From the NCBI GenBank assembly GCA_964457955.1, contig CAYWEY010000004.1, positions 1,883 to 65,882 of the forward strand: a DNA stretch of 64,000 nt. The letters are read 5' to 3'. This document shows, piece by piece, positions 59,269 to 64,000 of this stretch (position 1 is its first letter; each line of letters starts with the position of its first letter). A model generated the notes under the pieces. The model made no database searches. It saw only the letters and a program-made list of their open reading frames with translations, and was not told the DNA's origin. This DNA comes from Candidatus Woesearchaeota archaeon. GTDB lineage: Archaea; Nanobdellota; Nanobdellia; Tiddalikarchaeales; Tiddalikarchaeaceae. Made by a program: the position numbers and the translations under genes.

Positions 59269-60177
59269 ATGAAAATTGATTTCAGAATTTTTTCAATCAT
59301 AGGAGTATTAATATTTTTATACATTTTAATAACATCTGACGTTTCTCATATTCTTTCCCTTCTTTCAAGTATTAATCTTTTATTGCTTATTTTTGCTTTT
59401 TTTCTCAGTTTTGTTTCAGCTTTCATTAAATCTGAAAAGTGGCGTTTACTGCTTAATATTGCAGGCAAAAAATACGGCACGCTCCGTGCTTTTATTGTAT
59501 GGATGATTAGTTATGGTTTTGGTTTCATAACTCCTGCGCGTGCAGGAGATTTTGTAAGAGTTTTTTATCTTGATAAAGATATTGGTTTAAGCAAGGGCAG
59601 GGGTTTCATTATTTGTTTTCTTGACAGGCTTCTTGACCTTTTTGGTTTAATGATTACAGGACTTTTTTTCTACACTATTGTTTTTAACTTCCCCCAGTTT
59701 ATTTTCATTCTCTGTTTTTCATTCCTTATCTTTTTTTATATATTATTAATGCTAACTGACAGGTATATTCATTTATTCCCTGCAAAGATTAAGGATTTTT
59801 ATAAAAAAGCGAAGAGTTTTGTTAAGAGTGTTTCAAAATATTATTCTTTTAATTCTCTTATTATTCCTTTTTTAATGAGTATATTTGCATGGCTTTTTAG
59901 TTTTTTACAGATGTACGTTATTATTATTGCTCTTAATAAAACACTCTCTTATTTCCTTGTTGGTGCAGGATTATCTGTTAGTTTGTTAATATCTCTTCTT
60001 CCAGTAAGTATAGGTGGGCTTGGAACAACCGAGTTATCCTTGTTCACTATTTTCAGAACTTTCACTATGGAAGAAGTTGTTGCTTTAACATTTGTTTTCA
60101 ACCTGGTTTCTTTATGGATTCCCGCACTTATTGGTTTCGTGCTTAACAGTTTTTATGGGGTTGAGATGGATTTATGA
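59269..60177 (+). CDS. UPF0104 (LPG-synthase-TM-like) polytopic membrane protein; candidate lipid-linked glycan flippase/accessory protein
   Basis: 8 TM helices with a GFITPARAGDF-like conserved loop. 4-nt overlap with the downstream GT2 gene. Confidence 0.45.
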   Translation: MKIDFRIFSIIGVLIFLYILITSDVSHILSLLSSINLLLLIFAFFLSFVSAFIKSEKWRLLLNIAGKKYGTLRAFIVWMISYGFGFITPARAGDFVRVFYLDKDIGLSKGRGFIICFLDRLLDLFGLMITGLFFYTIVFNFPQFIFILCFSFLIFFYILLMLTDRYIHLFPAKIKDFYKKAKSFVKSVSKYYSFNSLIIPFLMSIFAWLFSFLQMYVIIIALNKTLSYFLVGAGLSVSLLISLLPVSIGGLGTTELSLFTIFRTFTMEEVVALTFVFNLVSLWIPALIGFVLNSFYGVEMDL

Positions 60178-60830
60178 TTAGTATTATTATACCAACGTAT
60201 AAAGAAGAAGAGAGCATTCCATTATTGCTTAATAAGATAAAAAAAATTCTTTCTGATTTTGAAGTAATTATTGTTGATGACAGTCCTGATAATAAGACTT
60301 TTATGATAAGTAAACAAGTCTGTGAATCACTGAGTATTCCTCATAAAATAAAGCATCGGAAAAAAAAAGGCAAAGGAGGAGCAGTTTATGAAGGGATTAA
60401 TATGAGTTCGGGAAACATTATTGTTGTTATTGATGCTGACTTAGAGTATAATCCAGAATATATTTCTGAAATGATTGGATTATTGGATGATTATGATGTT
60501 GTTACTGCTGTTCGGATACGCAGAGACCCTTTCTATCGACAGGTTCTTTCAAGATTCTTCCACCTCTTTGTATTTATTCTTTTCGGAATATCTTTCGAAA
60601 CCCAGTCAGGACTGAAAGTTTTTAAGAAGAAAAAAATAGATGATATTGTTATTAATACTGAGGGATGGGTTTGGGATGTTGAATTCTTATACAAGTGTTT
60701 AAGGAAAGGCTTGAAAGTAACTACGTATAAAATAGAATATATTTCAAGAAATATGGGCAAGTCAAAAATAAATTTATTGACTCCTTTCAAAATGTTTTAT
60801 GAATTAATCCGTCTTCGTTTCAAGATATAA
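60174..60830 (+). CDS. GT2 dolichyl-phosphate hexosyltransferase-like (DPM1/AglJ/AglD-type, short form)
   Basis: ISIIIPTYKEEESI...VIDADL, 218 aa. No TM helices. Confidence 0.65.
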   Translation: MISIIIPTYKEEESIPLLLNKIKKILSDFEVIIVDDSPDNKTFMISKQVCESLSIPHKIKHRKKKGKGGAVYEGINMSSGNIIVVIDADLEYNPEYISEMIGLLDDYDVVTAVRIRRDPFYRQVLSRFFHLFVFILFGISFETQSGLKVFKKKKIDDIVINTEGWVWDVEFLYKCLRKGLKVTTYKIEYISRNMGKSKINLLTPFKMFYELIRLRFKI

Positions 60831-61724
60831 TTCGCGTCCTTCACTGATTTTCTTAATCTGAGTTAAGTAGTATTGATTATTGTATATTACTGCCTTCATT
60901 ATTCCGTAAAATAATTCTCTGAGTAAGAATATCATTAATTGTAAAGGATTTTTATAGATGTGTTTGAAGAAGAAATAACTTGTATTCCTATAATACCAGT
61001 ACGCCCATTCCTTCTTCTTTGAAGGATCAATATTTCCTCCTTTACTGGAGGGTTTGTGTATTACTCTGGCTCTCGGCTCGAACATAATATTATGTCCTTC
61101 TTTGTAAACTCTGTATACGTATTCTGTTTCATCTCTGTAATGTCCTTTCATCTTCTCATCCATTAATCCTATCTTATCTATTATTTTTTTCCTGATACTG
61201 AAGTTGCTTCCATGCAAGTGTTTGACTTTCATACTTTTCTTAATATTAGGGGAGAAGTTGCTTATTATGTCCCCACTCCATGTCACATCTCCTGTCTTCT
61301 TTATTTTGAATAATATTTTATGCAGGAAAGATTGTTTATTCTTTATCTCGCTTCCGCCGACTGCTCCTGTACGCTTATTATCATAATGCTTCATTAAGTA
61401 AGTGAAGTATTTCTTCTTCACTATGACATCGTCATCAAAGAAAACTATTATATCTCCTTTTGATTTTCTTATTCCCTTATTCCTTGCTTTTACAGAACCT
61501 AATACTTTTTTTGTCTTTATTTCTTTAATATTTAATTTCTTGTATTTATTACATACTTTGCTTGTATTCTCATAATCTTCTTTTTTTTCATTATTATTTA
61601 TGACTATAATCTCAAAAGGTTTAATACTATTATAATCTTTTTTCTTCAAATTATTTAATGATTCCAGGCACTTGTTCAATACTTCCGGACGTCCGTAACT
61701 TGGTATTATAATGCTTGTTTTCAT
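60804..61724 (-). CDS. GT2-family glycosyltransferase
   Basis: TSIIIPSYGRPEVL...FFDDD. Confidence 0.65.
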   Translation of the reverse strand: MKTSIIIPSYGRPEVLNKCLESLNNLKKKDYNSIKPFEIIVINNNEKKEDYENTSKVCNKYKKLNIKEIKTKKVLGSVKARNKGIRKSKGDIIVFFDDDVIVKKKYFTYLMKHYDNKRTGAVGGSEIKNKQSFLHKILFKIKKTGDVTWSGDIISNFSPNIKKSMKVKHLHGSNFSIRKKIIDKIGLMDEKMKGHYRDETEYVYRVYKEGHNIMFEPRARVIHKPSSKGGNIDPSKKKEWAYWYYRNTSYFFFKHIYKNPLQLMIFLLRELFYGIMKAVIYNNQYYLTQIKKISEGRELYLETKTD

Positions 61725-62785
61725 AATAATTCTTCATATACTTTTTTATATTTTTTATAAATTTTATCCCACCCGTATTTTTTAACTCTTCTTAGTCCTT
61801 TCTTTATTTTTCTTTCTCTTAATTCTTTATTCATATACATCTTCTTAATATTATAAACAAGTTCTTCCCCATCTCCTTGTTTGAAGTAAACACATGCATC
61901 TCCTCCTGTTTCTTTAAGAACATCCTGTTCACTAGCGAGTACTGGAGTGCCGCACGCCATACTTTCCAATAGTACGAGTCCGAATCCTTCTTTCATGAAA
62001 GTAGGGTATATCATTAAGTCTGCTTTGTTTATCATATCAACTATTCTTTCTTCTTTTTCTATATTCGTTATTATTTCCACATCATTTGAGACATTTTTTT
62101 TTAATTCATCATAGTATTCTTCATCACTAACGTATCCCGCTATTTTCAATTCTGTATTTTTTCTTATTCTTTCAGGAAGTTTTTTATAACTATTTAATGC
62201 GAATAATTGTCCTTTTTCACGGCTTATTCTTGAAAGTATTATTATAGTGAACTTATTATTTTTTTTCACTTTCTTTTTCCTGAAAGTATTGAGGTTTATT
62301 CCGTCAGGAATAACTATTATTTTTTCATCACTCACTCCTATTTTTTTTAAGTCTTTTTTTGTCTCCTCGCTCACTGTTATTACTTTATCCGCTTTCCCTG
62401 CCTGCATTTTTATCATCCTTCTCCATAACTTATTCATTATTCCTTTCTCCATGAAGTGGCTTACGTGGTGAATGCTTAGTACGAAAGGCTTTTTGCTTAA
62501 TCTCACGCATTCTATATTATTAGCGTGTATTAAGTCAGGATTATTCTTTAAAGCTCTTAAGCTCATGTTTAATCCATTATATAAATAATTCATTATTTTA
62601 GGTATTTCATAATATTTCCATACTGAACTTTTTTTGGGGAATACTTTTTTCTTTTTCTTATAACTGCTTATTATTCTAACATCATAATCTTTAATAGCCT
62701 GCCTGTATATTTCATAGAATACTTTCTCGCATCCTCCGGGACTATCGGGATAATAAAATCTTGATACAAAATTCAGTTTTTTCAT
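61721..62785 (-). CDS. GT1 (GT4-clan 'group 1') glycosyltransferase
   Basis: C-terminal EGFGLVLLESMACGTPVLAS, the E-x7-E donor-binding motif region. Confidence 0.7.
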   Translation of the reverse strand: MKKLNFVSRFYYPDSPGGCEKVFYEIYRQAIKDYDVRIISSYKKKKKVFPKKSSVWKYYEIPKIMNYLYNGLNMSLRALKNNPDLIHANNIECVRLSKKPFVLSIHHVSHFMEKGIMNKLWRRMIKMQAGKADKVITVSEETKKDLKKIGVSDEKIIVIPDGINLNTFRKKKVKKNNKFTIIILSRISREKGQLFALNSYKKLPERIRKNTELKIAGYVSDEEYYDELKKNVSNDVEIITNIEKEERIVDMINKADLMIYPTFMKEGFGLVLLESMACGTPVLASEQDVLKETGGDACVYFKQGDGEELVYNIKKMYMNKELRERKIKKGLRRVKKYGWDKIYKKYKKVYEELL

Positions 62786-62809
62786 AATAATATTTAATAT
62801 TCTTGTTTT

Positions 62810-63487
62810 TTAAGAAAATTTGCCTATTATTATTGCTTTAATGAATAAGTAACAATTCTTGATAAAGTTTAGTTTTGATTCTCCTTCTCTTTTCTCAACT
62901 TTTATAGGTGATTCACCATACTTTAACCCTTTACTTATCACTCTTGAAGTTATTTCAGCCTCGTACTCCAGATTATGCGCTTTTACTTCTATACTCCCTA
63001 CTTTTTTATTCATAACTCTTAGACCGCTTGTTAAGTCAGTCACTTTTCTTCTAAGTATTATGCTTGCTAGTGCGGAGCCAGTCATATTAGCTATTGACCG
63101 GGTTATGCTTGCATTTTCAGGTATTCCTTCCATGAACCTGCTTCCGACAAGCAGGTCATAATTTTCTTTTTTGAATTCTTCAACAAGCTTTGGAATATCT
63201 TCAGGACGGTATGTTCTGTCAGCATCTATTGTTGCAATAATATTTTTTCCAGCATTAATGTAACCTGTTCTTAATGCATGCGCCTTGCCTTTATTCTTTT
63301 TATGACTGTATATTCTTATCTTCTTGTTTTTTGACATTTTTTTCATTATTTTCCATGTATTATCATTGCTTCCGTCATCAACAAGAATTATTTCACTTTC
63401 AGGATTGTTCTTAACAGTTCTCTTAACAGTTTCTTCCAATCCTTCTTCTTCATTATATGCGGGTATTATTATCGAATAATTTTTCAT
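62810..63487 (-). CDS. GT2 dolichyl-phosphate hexosyltransferase-like
   Basis: YSIIIPAYNEEEGL...DDGSND...IDADR. Confidence 0.7.
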   Translation of the reverse strand: MKNYSIIIPAYNEEEGLEETVKRTVKNNPESEIILVDDGSNDNTWKIMKKMSKNKKIRIYSHKKNKGKAHALRTGYINAGKNIIATIDADRTYRPEDIPKLVEEFKKENYDLLVGSRFMEGIPENASITRSIANMTGSALASIILRRKVTDLTSGLRVMNKKVGSIEVKAHNLEYEAEITSRVISKGLKYGESPIKVEKREGESKLNFIKNCYLFIKAIIIGKFS

Positions 63488-63493
63488 AAAATT

Positions 63494-64000
63494 TTAGTTT
63501 TCCTCACTATTAAATAATTTAATTAATATTATAAAAAAGCAGAAAGAAGTGGTTGTAAGGCTTAAAAATGCACCTTTTTTGAAAGATTCTGGTTCAAATA
63601 CGAATCTTATTTTATGATATCCTTCGTTTATTCTTATGCTTCTGAAAACTTTGAAACCACGATATATTTTAGTTCTTTCACCATCAACATATGCTTTCCA
63701 TCCAGGGTAGAAAACATCTGTTAAAATTAAAAAACCTTTATGGGATGAGTTAGTTTTAATTATTATTTCATTCTCTGAATAATAATCAATTGTTGATTCG
63801 TTGTAAATACAATAATTACTTATATCTTCTTTTTCGACAAAACTGTAATTTTTTATGGTTAGATTGCATTCTGAATCATTTGATATTATGAATGAGCGGG
63901 GAAAAACTTCTTTGTTTTCGTAAAGGTAATAAGGATTTGAGTAATATAAGAATTTTAAACCACTATTATTCAATTCATAATCTGATACAATGAACTTAAC
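63494..64000 (-). CDS. C-terminal part of a large membrane protein (YfhO/GT-C-like C-terminal domain); the 5' portion lies beyond the window end
   Basis: FYPGWKAYVDGERTKIYRGFKVFRSIRINEGYHKIRFVFEP plus a terminal TM helix, as in the YfhO-type C-termini. The track's TTG 'start' at 63973 has an open frame upstream through 64000. Confidence 0.4.
   Translation of the reverse strand, partial: VKFIVSDYELNNSGLKFLYYSNPYYLYENKEVFPRSFIISNDSECNLTIKNYSFVEKEDISNYCIYNESTIDYYSENEIIIKTNSSHKGFLILTDVFYPGWKAYVDGERTKIYRGFKVFRSIRINEGYHKIRFVFEPESFKKGAFLSLTTTSFCFFIILIKLFNSEEN

Noticed and set aside
1-64000. Scan for CRISPR arrays, tRNA or rRNA genes, transposases and integrases
   Set aside because: No regularly spaced direct repeats, no GC-rich 70-90-nt cloverleaf-like islands in the intergenic DNA, and no recombinase motifs were seen on either strand.

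Overview
This is AT-rich, gene-dense, archaeal-looking sequence. I estimate roughly 30% GC by eye, and many neighbouring genes overlap by 4 nt (ATGA-type), which suggests a streamlined genome such as a DPANN-like archaeon. I found no rRNA, tRNA, CRISPR array, integrase or transposase. About 67 protein-coding genes are supportable. They form four groups. (1) Information processing: tyrS (partial at the window start, and missing from the ORF track), the PolD large subunit, serS, two TFB genes (one lacking the Zn ribbon), FEN-1, an EndoQ-like nuclease, topoisomerase I, MetAP, Orc1/Cdc6, a LigT-type 2H phosphoesterase, and a PIN-ATPase-KH protein. (2) A dNTP-metabolism island (about 14.3-29.8 kb): nrdG-like activase, dcd, pyrG, two tmk paralogues, thyA with unusual N- and C-terminal extensions, a dut/dcd-family gene, a glutaredoxin-like gene, and nrdD. 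(3) A sulfur-carrier/tRNA-thiolation group: a SAMP/ThiS-like -GG protein, an NcsA/TtuA-type PP-loop enzyme, and PpaC. (4) A large N-glycosylation locus (53.8-64.0 kb): AglB/STT3 with the WWDYG motif, GT4 AglH-like, four GT2 genes, one GT1 gene, a UPF0104 membrane protein, and a partial GT-C-like protein at the window end. A nucleotide-sugar dehydrogenase is at 40 kb. The most unusual signal is a conserved module of about 47 aa (YYxMNARPLI...ELxxLLExEKKNKxRKTV) that looks like a SAP/HeH/Rho-N DNA-binding fold and occurs three times. One copy is the cytoplasmic N-terminus of a membrane protein with two extracytoplasmic thioredoxin-like domains. The other two sit in tandem in a small protein directly upstream of orc1. 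The copies are also similar at the DNA level and lie in inverted orientation around a 4-kb segment. The orc1 upstream region also holds a tiny, strongly acidic ORF with a Shine-Dalgarno-like sequence and an 11-bp inverted repeat over the putative orc1 promoter. All calls rest on motif recognition by eye; I ran no database searches.
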